NCBI RefSeq assembly: GCF_009914755.1
Contig: NC_060929.1
Source: the human T2T-CHM13v2.0 reference genome, Homo sapiens
DNA: 64,000 nt
Reading direction: 5' to 3' (one strand)
Part shown: positions 10,803-26,106 of the stretch, piece after piece
How the letters are laid out: every line of letters starts with the position of its first letter
How positions within the stretch are numbered: the stretch's first letter is position 1
Notes under the pieces: model-generated
The model's input: only the letters and a program-made list of their open reading frames with translations
What the model was told of the DNA's origin: nothing
Database searches by the model: none
Position numbers and translations under genes: made by a program

Positions 10803-12733
10803 ATTGTATACCTAGAAAACCCCATCGTCTCAGCCCAAAATCTCCTTAAGCTGATAAACAACTTCAGCAAAGTCTCAGGATACAAAATCAATGTGCAAAA
10901 ATCACAAGCATTCTTATACACCAATAACAGACAAACAGAGAGCCAAACCATGAGTGAACTCCCATTCACAATTGCTTCAAAGAGAATAAAATGCCTAGGA
11001 ATCCAACTTACAAGGGATGTGAATGACCTCTTCGAGGAGAACTACAAACCACTGCTCAACGAAATAAAAGAGGATACAAAGAAATGGAAGAACATTCCAT
11101 GCTCATGGGTAGGAAGAATCAATATCGTGAAAATGACCATACTGCCCAAGGTAATTTATAGATTCAATGCCATCCCTATCAAGCTACCAATGACTTTCTT
11201 CACAGAATTGGAAAAAACTACTTTAAAGTTCATATGCAACCTAAAAAGAGCGCACATTGCCAAGACAATCCTAAGCCAAAAGAACAAAGCTGGAGGCATC
11301 ACACTACCTGACTTCAAACTATACTACAAGGCTACAGTAACCAAAACAGCATGGTACTGGTACCAAAACAGAAATATAGACCAATGGAACAGAATAGAGG
11401 CCTCAGAAATAATACCACACATCTACAACCATCTGATCTTTGACAAACCTGACAAAAACAAGCAATGGGGAAAGGATTCCCTATTTAACAAATGGTGCTG
11501 GGAAAACTGGCTAGCCATATGTAGAAAGCTGAAACTGGATCCCTTCTTACACCTTATACAAAAATTAATTCAAGATGGATTAAAGACTTAAATGTTAGAC
11601 CTAAAACCATAAAAACCCTAGAAGAAAACCTAGGCAATACCATTCAGGACATAGGCATGGGTAAGGACTTCATGTCTAAAACACCAAAAGCAATGGCAGC
11701 AAAAGCCAAAATTGACAAATGGGATCTAATTAAACTAAAGAGCTTCTGCACAGCAAAAGAAACTACCATCAGAGTGAACAGGCAACCTACAGAATGGGAG
11801 AAAATTTTTGCAATCTCATCTGACAAAGGACTAATATCCAGAATCTACAAAGGACTCAAACAAATTTACAAGACAAAAACAACCCCATCAAAAAGTGGGC
11901 AAAGGATATGAACAGACATTTCTCAAAAGAAGACATTTATGCAGCCAACAGACACGTGAAAAAATGCTCTTCATCACTGGCCATCAGAGAAATGCAAATC
12001 AAAACCACAATGAGATACCATCTCACACCAGTTAGAATGGCGATCATTAAAAAGTCAGGAAACAACAGGTGCTGGAGAGGATGTGGAGAAATAGGAACAC
12101 TTTGACACTGTTGGTGGGACTGTAAACTAGTTCAACCATTGTGGAAGTCAGTGTGGCGATTCCTCAGGGATCTAGAACTGGAAATACCATTTGACCCCGC
12201 CATCCCATGACTGGGTATATACCCAAAGGACTATAAATCATGCTGCTATAAAGACACATGCACACGTATGTGTATTGCGGCACTACTCACAATAGCAAAG
12301 ACTTGGAACCAATCCAAATGTCCAACAATGATAGACTGGATTAAGAAAATGTGGCACATATACACCATGGAATACTATGCAGCCATAAAAAATGATGAGT
12401 TTATGTCCTTTGTAGGGACATGGATGAAGCTGGAAACCATCATTCTCAGCAAACTATCGCAAGGACAAAAACCCAAACACTGCATGTTCTCACTCACAGG
12501 TGGGAATTGAACAATGAGAACACTTGGACACAGGAAGGGGAGCATCACACACCAGGGCCTGTTGTGGGGTGGGGGGAGGGGGGAGGGATAGCATTAGGAG
12601 ATATACCTAATGTAAATGACGAGTTAATGGGTGCAGCACACCAACATGGCACATGTATACCTATGTAACAAACCTGCACGTTGTGCACATGTACCCTAGA
12701 ACTTAAAGTATAGTAATAATAATGATAATAAAA
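10803..12733 (+). mobile_element. 5'-truncated older primate L1 (L1PA4-like) with frameshifted ORF2 3' half
   Basis: ORF2 fragments [16 protein letters not shown].., [11 protein letters not shown]..; 3'UTR gtaaatgacGAGttaatggg..ctagaacttAaagtat; degenerate A-rich tail. Confidence 0.93.
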
Positions 12734-13103
12734 ATCATGTTTACAAGCAAAAGCCACCCTCCAACCTTCTGTCATAGGCGTTTTAATCGTGTGAGGTTTC
12801 TAGCCCACGGGCGCCTCTCTCCAGCCCATGGCTCTCTGAGGCAGAAGCAGCCTTTCACTTTCCAAGGTAATGGCACCACCACCCTGCTTGGTGCCCACCA
12901 GCATCTCCCTGTCACTCGAAAGACAGTGTCCAAACCCCTGCCTGTTACCCCGGGCCCTGTGGGTCTATCCCGGCAGCTCACCAGCTGTGGCCTCCTCAGA
13001 CAGCCTCCTTTCCCCCAAATCCCAGCCTCAGTCCCTCGGATGCTTCCAGGTGGGAAGGCTCTGGCAGGCTCCAGGAGGAGCAGATAGAACTTCGGTGATC
13101 AGC

Positions 13104-13412
<309 letters not shown>

Positions 13413-13547
13413 GGTGATCAGGAAGTTCTTGTTTTTGCTTTTTGTTTTTCCCCCTGTGGAATCCTTTGCTCTGCAAAACAGGTGAGCGTTTCTTTGGTGG
13501 GGCGCTCAGCTCCCCCACCCCCCCCAGAACTGCTGATCCCACCCTCA

Positions 13548-15462
<1,915 letters not shown>

Positions 15463-16609
15463 ACTTTTCAAAAAATTTTAGATTTGATTACAAAGACATT
15501 AAACCCTGTGACACTTCAAAAAACACCATAACAAAACAAACAAAATCCAACAAAAACCGGAAGCACGCTGTGACGGTTTTGACATCTGATGTCCTCAGTG
15601 TCTAGAGGTCTTACGGGAAGAAGGAAGGCGCAATCGAATGAAGTTAGATGTGGAAATAGAATCACAACAACCCAGGAAGATGCAATTTGAGTTTTAACGA
15701 TGAATTTAGCAATTTGCTTAAAAATAGTAATAGTCAATGTTGGCAAATATTCAGAGGAATATGCGTTTTCAGATACTAGTAGCAAAAGTATCAGCATAAT
15801 TTTGTTCTGGAGAGGGGTTTGGTAATATGCACCAGAAGCCTTCCAATGTGGCTGACCTAGCAATGCTGCCTTTAGGGTGATAAACTGGCAAGTGGTCAAA
15901 ATCCGCTCTGTGGCCTGTTGCTGCACGGCCAAGAGCTCGGAATGGTCCGTTACTGTGAAAACGATTAGTGAATAAGGAAGAGTGTGCGGTGGAGACCATC
16001 TTCCCCGTCCCCGCCCCCAGCACAATACTGACTCTCTAGCTGTCTGCAGAGCACGTTTGCAGACCCCTGATCTATGTGGAGGAGTAAACAAGTAAACAAC
16101 AAAACGGTCCAGGTGTTCATTTTGCAGCATTTAGAAAATGTTGGTAAAAATAAAATAAAGAAATAAAGGGCCTAAATGTCCGTCTTTCCAACCTCATGGA
16201 AGTAGTTCAATCGATTCTGGCAAATGCAAATCCTGTCGTGTTCGGCAGCCGCTACAGGTAGACAGTGCTGCTGAAGAACTTCCAGTAACATGAGAAAACA
16301 CTCATGAGAGGGTCGTGCTAAGTGAGAGCATTAAGTTATACAGACGACTTTATTCCAATTTTAATTTGAAGGTGTGTAAATAGAAAGAAATGGAAAGAAA
16401 GAAAATACTTGAACATCTTAATTACTGGGTGTTCATCCCGGGTGTGGGGAAGCAGGGGCTTCGGGTGAGGGTGGTGGGGGGTATGAGGAGTTTGGAGGTG
16501 GGTGGGAGGGGATCCCTAAAGTGACAGAGTCCTGGGAGCCCAGGGCTTGGAAGCTCACCACCTGGCAGTGCAGCCATGGGATCCAGACAGCTTCGCTGGA
16601 CAGACGCAC

Positions 16610-17130
16610 CGTGAGGGCTGGGGTGTGTCCTGGGGAGGGCAGGGCCAGAAAAGGGTGGGGCTGGGGAGAGTGGGGTCAGGGGAGGGCGGGGCTGGGGAGG
16701 GATGAGGCCTGGGGAGGGGTGAGGCCTGGGGAGGGTAGGGCCTGGGAAGAGTGGGGGATGGGGAGGGGTGAGGCCTGGGGAGGGTAGGGCCTGGGAAGAG
16801 TGGGGGATGGGGAGGGGTGAGGCCTGGGGAGGGTAGGGCCTGGGAAGAGTGGGGGATGGGGAGGGGTGAGGCCTGGGGAAGGTGGGGCTGGAAGAAGGTA
16901 GGGCTGGGGAGGGGTGGGGCTGGGGGAGGGATGAGGCCTGGGGAGGGGTGAGGCCTGGGGAAGGTGGGGCTGGGGAGGGGGGGGCCACAGAGGGCGGGGC
17001 AGGGGTAGGGCAAGGCTGGGGAGGGATGATGCCTGGGGAGGGGTGGCCTGGAGATGTCAGGGCTGGGGAGGGTAAGGCTGGGGAGGGATGAGGTCTGGGG
17101 AGGGGTGGGGCTGGGGGAGGACCGGCCTGT
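16610..17130 (+). repeat. G-rich minisatellite with three perfect 49-bp units (~16711-16877); strong G-quadruplex potential
   Basis: ggggaggggtgaggcctggggagggtagggcctgggaagagtgggggat; cctgggaagag at 16741, 16790, 16839; dozens of G3-G5 runs. Confidence 0.9.
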
Positions 17131-18889
17131 GGGGCAGGGCCTATGGGGGCATGGGGCCTGGGTCCTCGGGGCCTGGGACAGTGTCACTCTTCCCTTCCTT
17201 GGCTCATCCTGTGACCCGAAGAGCCTCTGCCAGGCCCTGGGCTCCTGCTGAGCTCCTGCTGAGAACAAGGCAGCCTGGTTTTTCTTTGATCTCCTGCCCC
17301 GAAGGTTGATGAGGGGATGGAGGGTCTGGAGCAATGGCCCAGACAGGGTGGAAGTTCCCTGGGGAAGAAGGGGGTGCCTGGAGTGGGTGGGTGGTCAGGG
17401 ACCTTTCGAGAGGAGGGGTCTCAAGGTGAGGGCTCCTCAGGCCCCCGAATGTGGGGCAGGGTGGGTGCACAAGCAGAGGCTGTGGGGGAGGTGCTGGGCA
17501 AGGGAAGGGCAGGGCCCATTCTTAGGAGGAGCCTGAGAGTGGGACAAGAACAGATAAATTCTCAGGGAGAATGGGGTCCCTCGCCATGGGGGGTCCTGGA
17601 ACAATCCATGGCGGCCTGTCCCTCTGCCTGCTCCCACCACAGTTCCGTGCTTCTCCAGAGGGCCAGGCTGGCCATGCTGTCCCTAACCCACTCCAGGGAC
17701 CACATGAGTGTAACAGGATGTAGGAGAGAGCCAGGGCTTGGAAATCCATGATCTGGCCGTGTGGCCATGGGATCTGGCCAGCCTCGCAGGATGCTGTGAG
17801 GTGGGGCGAGGGCCGGGTGCAGGGAGGATGCTGTGGGTCTCCCAGGTGCCCTGTGCAGGACAGCAGCCAAGTGCTCCCAGGGGCCACCCTATGTCACACC
17901 CAGTGTGGGGGGCCCTGAGGGCAAAGGGTCCGGGGAGGACATCAGGAGTGCCCTCCCTGTTGGAGGCTGGACTGGCCCTCCTTCCCCACAAGTGGGTTTT
18001 AGGTTGGGGCAGGAGGGAGGGACTTAGGAATGAACACGATCAGAGTAGCCTCTGCTCCTGCTTCCTTGGGCCCCCACCAGCCTGGTGACTTGCTGGGGGG
18101 ACACGAGGAAGATGGGGCATGGCTGAGGCTTGGGCGGTGGGGAAGAGCCAGCTTGGGCCGGGTGTCTCTCTGTGAGGGGAGGGACCCTGGCAGGCCACCC
18201 CGAGGCCTCACAAGGAACTTGTGGTTGATGCTTTCCAAAACAGGCCCTTGGCATTTGGGTGACAGCCAGGCAGAGCTAGCTTGGTGGTGGAAGCCACTGA
18301 CAGCGCCGGTTTCCCGATGAAAACTTGACGTTCGTGTTTTGAGAGCTAGCTGGGGAGACTGGGAGCTGGGTCCTCTTGGAGTGCCAGGTCAGCCGATGGC
18401 GTGTGGCCTTACGTGTGGGGTGGGGTCCCCTGTCCAGGGGTCTGAGCTTCTCACGCCTCTGGGCCCTCCGTGCTCCAGCGTTCTCAGGTTCTCTTTTTTT
18501 GGGGGGACCTTGTGGGGGCCACACATCGCGCCTGACTCCCCAGACGGATGGACCTGGCTGCTGCCTCCCCCTCCCCGGGAAGCGGCTGGCCAGTGCATCA
18601 GGGAACACAGGTCTCTTTCCTCTGTCTTCCTCCATCAGGCTCCGGAAAAGCTTTCCCCAGAGAAGACACCCGACAGCAGGGGCCGCCTCCCGTAGCTCTT
18701 GTGACCCAGCCTGTTTCTGCATCTGAGCTGCGTCCTCTGGGTGGGGGTGTCTGCACCTGGGGTGTGTGAGAGAGAGTGAGTGAGGGAGCGTGCCTGTGCC
18801 TGTGTGCGTGCATCTGTGTTCCTGCGGGCTGTGCCTCTCTGTGCACGTGTGTGCAGCCATGCGTGCGTGTTCACACGTGTGGAGTGTGT

Positions 18890-19420
18890 GCGTGCGACCG
18901 TGCCTGGGTGTTGCGGGTGGTGAGGCTGGCAGAGCGTCCTGACCCCTCGGGCCCCAGGCCTTGTCCCTCTTCTCCGTGTCCCAATCTTCCTTCAACCGCC
19001 CGCCCCGCCCCTGCCTTTGGTGGCCTGGAGTCCCCACCAGCTCTGGGTACTAGGGCGCCGGGCAGGGCGGGAACTAACGGGCAGAGTCTGTGGGGTCGGG
19101 ATGACTGAAAACAGGCCCTGTCTTCAGTTTAGGCTCAGGCGGAAACCCCCCGGGGCCTCTGGGGGCTGCGGTCGGTGCCAGGGGTCCCGGGCAGCTGCCT
19201 GAACGCGCACAGCGGCTCCTGCCCCGCAGCCTCCGCCCCGCGCCCGCGTCCTCGGGCCGGCAGCGCCCCCTGGTGCCGCCTCGGGTCTGTGCAGGGCCGG
19301 GCGGGCTGCGCTGAGCATCTGCGGACGCCTCCGTGGGTGACAGCAGACAGAGGGGCTGACCAGGTCTTCTACAGGTCAGTGGGCGATCAACAGCTGGACG
19401 CGTAGCAGGGGGTATCCGGG
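18890..19420. promoter_or_regulatory. Small CpG island with GC boxes
   Basis: CpG-dense; ccgccc motifs; ggcagcgccccctggtg at ~19259-19275 resembles a reverse-strand CTCF core. Confidence 0.6.
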
Positions 19421-20849
19421 TGGCCTAAAAGAATTCAGCAAGGCCGACTGCAGGCCGAGGGTCACCAGGAACTGACCTGGAAGGAGTGGATGTGGCCGCC
19501 CCAGGACCACCCTGTTCCAGGTGCCCGGCCCTGGCCATGGAGCCCTTGGACTTATTTGTTTCTTTAGCTGCAGCGAGCGGGGTCCCGGTGCTGAGCAGAA
19601 GACCCCGTGCTGCGGTCCCTGTGCTCCCTGGCAGCTGTGGGAGGAACTCTGACCTTTGGGGCCCCTGGGCACCTACCCTGTTGGTTCCCGCTCTGGGCTG
19701 CCGAGGGCTGGGTGCTGTGCTGTGTGAAAGGCCGTATGGGCGGGGCTTCTGTGTTCCCTGAGTCAGGCACTGCACCCTTATGCTCCCCTCAGGGGCCACA
19801 CCACCTGCAGTGGTCCCTGGAGAGCAGAGGAAAGGTCCCCCTGGGCCAGATGGGGGCAATTGGTGGGCGGGGCCTGGCTCTACAGGAATGGGGGACCAGG
19901 GGCTTTCCCTCCAGGAGTGGTAACAGATCAAAGAACATCTACCCCAAACCAGACCGGACTCAGCACACACCTTATCCAGAGCTCTAAAGACACTAGAGTG
20001 GGGAGTAGAGAGAGAAAGAGACCGACAGAGACAGACAGAGGGAGAGATTCAGAGCAAGGTGGGGCAGGGGTGGCAGAGGAGGAGAGACCCCAGCTCTTCT
20101 CACCTCACAGACCTCTCGGGCCAGCTTGGCCCCACCCCCACCATCCACCCTGCAACTCCACCCCCACCCGCCCCCTGGGCTGAGCAGAGACCTCTGGGAC
20201 ATGGTCACCTCCACACAGAGCCTGTTCCAGAAGGCAGGACCCCGTCCCTGCCCCAGCTTCTGGCTGGCAGGGCTGTGTCAATGACTTCTGGCCAAGCGAC
20301 CCCAGGAAATGGCATTCCATGGGGTCAGGTGGCTCCTCAGTGCCTCTTCCCGGCTTTTCATGTAAAATCATGGCAGGTGGCATCAGGCAGTGTCCCACAC
20401 CCCTACAAGCTCAGGGGGAAGCCACCTTTACCCACAGGGCCAAAATGTGGACGCAGGCTCCCCTCTGGAGTGGACGCGCTGAGGGCACACCCAGGCCCTG
20501 GTCCCCTCAGCCGCATCAGAGCAGCACACAGGGCCGGGTGAGGGTGGCCTCCACCCCTCCACCACAGCAGGCACAGCTCGGAGCCAGGCCAGAGAGAGGG
20601 TGTCAGCTCTGCAATGCATTGAGTAGTTTCCACCCGTGGCTGTGAGGAGCAGCATTTCCTGACAGAAGTTTCTAGCACATGTGTGCTGGCGAGGATGCGG
20701 TCGTCTACTTGCTGGGCACACACTGTGCCAGGCTGAGGGGAGGACCCCAAAGATGTGCAGCCCCGCAAACCTGTGAGTGCCGCCTTAGACGGCAACATGA
20801 TGACAGGTCTGGAGCGGGGAGAGTCTCCCGGGTCACCCACCTGCACCCT

Positions 20850-21275
20850 GTGCTGTGCCAGGTAGTGGCCCCCCCAACCCCAGATTCATATCCCTCCCCA
20901 CACCTCAGAATGGGACCCTATCTGGAAATAGGCATTGCAGACGTGATTCATTAAGACGTGGTCATCCTGGAATAGGGAGGCCCTGATCTAGTATAACCCG
21001 TGTCCTTATGAGAAGAGGAGAACGCAGGGAGGAGGGCGCCATGAGCAGAGAGGCCCAGCGGGGCCAGGAGCCCACTGAGGGCCACCAGGGGCTGCCGGCC
21101 ACACCAGATGCTGGAGGGCAGCCGGCCCGACTCTCAGCCTCCAGGAGGCACCAGCCCAGTTCACAGCTACGGATTCCAGACCTTGGCCTCCAGAACTGCG
21201 AGACAGGCGTGCACTGTTGCAAGCAGCAGGTGTGGGTGGTTTGCTGTGGCCACCCAGGAAACTCACACAGGTCCT
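20850..21275 (+). mobile_element. MLT1C-like LTR
   Basis: cctcagaatgggacccta tctggaaatagg..ttgcagacgtgatt..gtccttatgagaagag..tggcctccagaactgcgaga..ggaaactcacaca. Confidence 0.8.
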
Positions 21276-21984
21276 CACTGCAAAGACAATGTCCTTGCAA
21301 GGAGGAGGCAGGAGAAGGCGGCCGGTGACCGAGGATGGAAGTGGAGAGAAACTGGAAGACGCTGTGCGGCTGACTCTGCGAGTGGAACCAGCTGCTTCTG
21401 TGGAAACTCCTTCGAAGAAGGCTTTTGGGAACCACCTCTGTTTAGGGACAGACTGTGGTGTGACTTATTTCCTGTACAGCAGCTAAGGTGACCCTCAGTC
21501 CTTCACATTCCCACTGCATGTCTGGGTTTACAGATCCATCAGCTCTGGCCCGGCCTGCAGGTGCGGGCCGCTTAGGCACTGCCCGATGCCCTCAGCTCCT
21601 CCATCCCCTCCGGTCCACCCTGGGGCTGCCCCCGTACTTCCTAAACATGCGGCCCCTCCTGTGCCATGGCCCATAACCGAAGCCACTTGCCCAGGAGGCG
21701 CTGTGGGCAGAAGGTGGGGGCCCATGGTACTCTTAGGGGCTCCCAAAGTGCTTCCATTTCTTTTAAAATAAGAAAAATATAAACTTTTAGTTCAAAACAA
21801 TGTTTTACTCTAAAAAGTAATGTTTCATCTTTATCCTGTGGGTGTCAATGCGCACAGTGTTCCCTGTCCGTGGTGTTGGGGGAACTGTAAGTCACAGTGT
21901 GGCTCTCCCCAGAATGTGCCTTCCACCTGCGGTCCCACCTCACTGTCCTATCCTGGCAAGGGCTTCTCAACTCCCAAACCTCAG

Positions 21985-22640
21985 CTGAGTCTCTCTTCGG
22001 TGCCCTGTGGCTGCCATAACAACTAGGATTCATTCTCTCCCAACTCTGAAGGCCAGAAGTCCAAAACGAGGATGCCACCGGGCTGGTTCCTTCCGGAGGC
22101 ACTTCTGCTACGGACTCAATGTCATCCTCAGATTTGTAAGCTGAAGCCCCCAGCCCCCAAAGTGATGGTCTTAGAAAGCAGGGCCTATGGGGGGTCATGA
22201 GGGTGGAGTTCCCAAGATGGGATTTGTGTCCTTGTAAGAGGACGACCACACCAGGGCGCTCCCTCTTTCTCTGCCCCTCTCTCTTTCTCTGTCTCTGGCT
22301 CTCCTTCTCTGTTTGTGGCTCTCCCTGCCATGTGAGGACAGAGTGAGAAGGCGCCTACCCCAAGCCAGGAGGAAGGAATTGAGTGGGCTGGGACCTTAAT
22401 CTTGGCATGTGCAGGCCCCGGGACTGTGAGAAGTCAGCCTCTGTTGTTTGAGCCTCTGGTCGGCGTTTGTTGACTGCCGGAACTGATAGAGATGCCTGCA
22501 TGCCTCTCCCAGCCTCTGGCAGTGCCAGCAGTTCGTGGCGCCCCGTGGCTGTGTCTCTGCCTCTGCCTTCTCGGCCTCCTTCTCCCTGCATCTCTTCACG
22601 TTGTCTTCACTCTGTGTCTCTGTTTGCCCTTCCGATGAGG
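21985..22640. mobile_element. Nested/adjacent MLT1 LTR fragments in both orientations
   Basis: Antisense MLT1 (ggctgccataac..ggccagaagtccaaa..; ccagcctctggc) interrupted by sense MLT1A-like sequence (gccatgtgaggacagagtgagaaggc..ggactgtgagaa). Confidence 0.6.
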
Positions 22641-22932
22641 GCACAAGTTGTGTCTGGGTCCCAGGGCTGATCGGGTGGCCCAAGTAACAGACTGTGCTGT
22701 CACGCTGTCTTGCTGAGATCACGGTGTGGGCAGGACCATGACCCTCCCGAAGCTCCAGGGAGTCCCTTCCTGGCCTCTCCCAGGCCCTGGTGCTGCCAGC
22801 TGTCCTTGGTGGGTGGATGCCTGCCATAGGTTGGACACTCAATCAGTTACTGTTTGGAAAAATAAGTGAAGCTGGAGTCCCCACCTCCTGACGAAAACTT
22901 GTCCAGCCCCCTGTGTGGGGCACATGTGCTAA

Positions 22933-23277
<345 letters not shown>

Positions 23278-24934
23278 AAAACCTCCTATTTCTAATTCCC
23301 CTGACTTGGGGTGTGAGCTCACCCCTCGTAGGTGACAGTGTACCTGCTCTGCTTTGCAAAGTATCAGGACTGAAGTGTGTCCCTTCTGCTTCATAATTAC
23401 CCATGGACTCTGTTGTCCCACACCATGTTTGCGTAGTGAACACGCCTGTTAATGCCCATGTACTTCTGTTCATGCACAAAGGCTTAAATGGTTAAACATC
23501 TTAAAACAAATATGCTCAGCAAATGGAAATCAAACCCATTTCCTTTTCATTTCAGAGTTGTCCGGGGAAAGCGGACTTGAAAGACGTTGAAATTGGATAG
23601 GTAATTAATTCACGTGCACCTACACGAGAAAGCAAAGAATGCACAAAGTATTTGTAACATTTTGTAAGCACTGAAATTAATGTAGTGTGAATTTGTCATT
23701 TCTACCAAAAGTTACAGATTTTCTATATTATAATTTAATCTTTTTAATGTAAAAAGAATAGAAATTTTGCCCTTTCTGGCCTCTCGGGAAGCAGGAACTA
23801 GTGTATCTAATTATCTGAACACATAAGAACATAAAGGAATACCAAGTAGTGGAATTATAAATCGGCTGGAACAACTCCATGTTTTCTGATTAAACTCTCT
23901 TTCTGGGGCCCTTAGCAATCATGTTGCCCCTATGTTCATAGTAATTGCATGTGTCAAAGCAGAGGCTTTGTGTAAATGGGACTGAACGAGTTACAATTTT
24001 AATTTAGAAGGAGATAACTGTGTCCGCGGCTAGCAGGCCGGTCGGCGGGTTGGGAGTCTGGTGGAGTGCGAGGGCAGAGGCCCCAGGGCGTCAGGTTGAT
24101 GGCGGGCGGAGATCTAATCAGGCCACCTCACAACAGCTGAATTGTTAAAAAAGAGAAACGCAATTTACCAACACAAAACCAGCCACCTGCTCTCTTGCCT
24201 GCGTTATCCATGTAAAGGAGGGCGTCTAATTTTTTTCATAGCTCAAGGGCAATGAATTTTAACAATGGATACTGCCTTGATCATCAAAACGGTAACAGGC
24301 TTAAAATGAGATCTTTTGGATAGACTGGAATCTTAGAAACAAAGCAAAATTCTGTTTTTAACTTTTAAAATGCTCAGTATATGCAGAGGAGTAGCCACTC
24401 CTTTATAATTTTTGTGAGGAATCTCAGGTGCATGGATGTTTGAGGTTGCTTTTTACGGAAGGGCATATTCGATTCTCCCAAGCAGGCTGTGCTGACTCAG
24501 TCATTCAAAGGAAAAATCCAACGGGCAGGAGCACCTCTGCTTCTGACCCCAGAAGGGTTCTCTCTCTAAGGCTGGAAGGATTCATAGCAAAGTCTCCATC
24601 GGGAAGCACTGACTTAGTCACAGGTGAACCCAGTGATGCTGAGGCTGAGCCTCTGCCCACTCCTGCACCCATGTGGCCCGGGGCTCACCACCACACTTGT
24701 GTCCTTCCCGTGGGCTCTGAGTGCAGCCCTCTCCCGGGGCAGGGAGGGTGGCCGCGAGCCGGTGGGTTCGCTGGTGCCGGCTGCTCCATTCCTAGCTCCA
24801 ATCCTGTCTCTTCCAGCTCAGCTTTCCTGCTGGTCTCTCATTTTTGGCACATAAAAAGCCAGCGTTAAAGAAACTCTCCTATGTAGACAAGGGAGGCTGA
24901 GCTGGAGGCAAGAGTTGCAGGACTTTAGACTTCA

Positions 24935-25275
24935 TGGCTGTTTCAGTCTGCTCAGCCCTCCCTAACAGGATGCCACAGGCTGGGGGCCCCAAGAACAGAT
25001 GTGGGTTTCTCACAGGAGGCCGGGGGTCTGAGGTCCGGGTGCCGGCAGGGTTGGGGTCCGAGGAGGGCCCCCTTCTGGTTCACAGACGGCCCCTCCTCCG
25101 TGTGTCCTCACACGGCAGAGAGAGAGGAGGCTCTGGTGTCTCTTCTCATACGAGCCCTAATCCCATGACAAGAGCTGCACCTTCATGGCCTCATCTAACC
25201 CTCGTTATCTCCCAAATACCACTGAGGCCGTCCTGCTGGGGCGAGGGCTTCAGCGTGTGAATTCTGGGGCAGGGG
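24935..25275 (-). mobile_element. MLT1A/B-like LTR
   Basis: taacaggatgccacaggctggggg..tctcacag..ggttcacagacggcc..tgtcctcac..ctaatccca..ggcttcagcgtgtgaattctgggg. Confidence 0.75.
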
Positions 25276-25974
25276 CACGGTGACGTGCTTGAGGGAAAGA
25301 GCAGGCGCCCTTCCCCCCACCGACCCCGACCCCGCCTGGCCCAGCGCACTCCTCCGGCAGGGGCTGCCCAGCTGCCTTGTGCCTGTGACCCAGGACCCCA
25401 GAGTGAGTCTCTGTGGGTGCTGCCCTGACTCCACTGGACACGCGCCATCATCCCTGCCTTAGGGACAAGGAGGCAGATGGGTGGCACTCACTCGAACTGC
25501 CCCACTGGCCGGGAGCTGGGGCTGGCTGGAGGCTGTCTGCCGCCTGGGCTCCTGGCACTCTCCTAACCACCTCATGGGCCTGAGGGTGGCAGCTTCTGCC
25601 CCCGAGAGGTCACCCACCAGATGGGGGGTTCCCTGCTGGTCTGCGTGGGTGTCTGTGGGAAAAGGCCTCCAATCAGGAAGAATAATCCGCACATTTATGA
25701 ACAAAAATCTTCCAACTTTTGAGACATTCTGCCACTTTGTGCAAACTCTCTGTGCCTGTGGCTTATTTGTGGCAGGAGCAGGGAAGGGCTCGTGGCTCCC
25801 TCCTGCACAGCAGGACGTGGCGGAAGGACAGGCGAGAACACCTCCTCACTGAGGGACAGAGGCCAAAGAGGCCTACTGAGTGTCCTGATGTCAGGAGCAG
25901 GTTCCCCTCCCCGGACACAACCCCAAGTCTCAGCTCCCACTCTTCCCGCGGGCCTCAGGTGGTGCCATCAGGTC

Positions 25975-26106
25975 AGGCTGGGTTGCCTCTGTGTTGTGTG
26001 TGTGTGTGTGTGTGTACATATGAGGCTGGGTTGACTCTGTGTTGTGTGTGTGTGTACGTGTGAGGCTGGGTTGACTCTGTGTTGTGTGTGTGTGTGTGTA
26101 TGTGTG
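25975..26106 (+). repeat. Three copies of aggctgggttg(a/c)ctctgtgttg(TG)n
   Basis: Compound mini/microsatellite seen directly. Confidence 0.85.

Noticed and set aside
15516-16130. 204-aa minus-strand ORF in AT-rich DNA
   Set aside because: No recognisable family or exon boundaries; probably chance, in old-repeat-like sequence
16711-16877. Immunoglobulin switch-region resemblance (49-bp G-rich units)
   Set aside because: Lacks AGCT pentamer arrays, is short, and no Ig constant exons lie nearby
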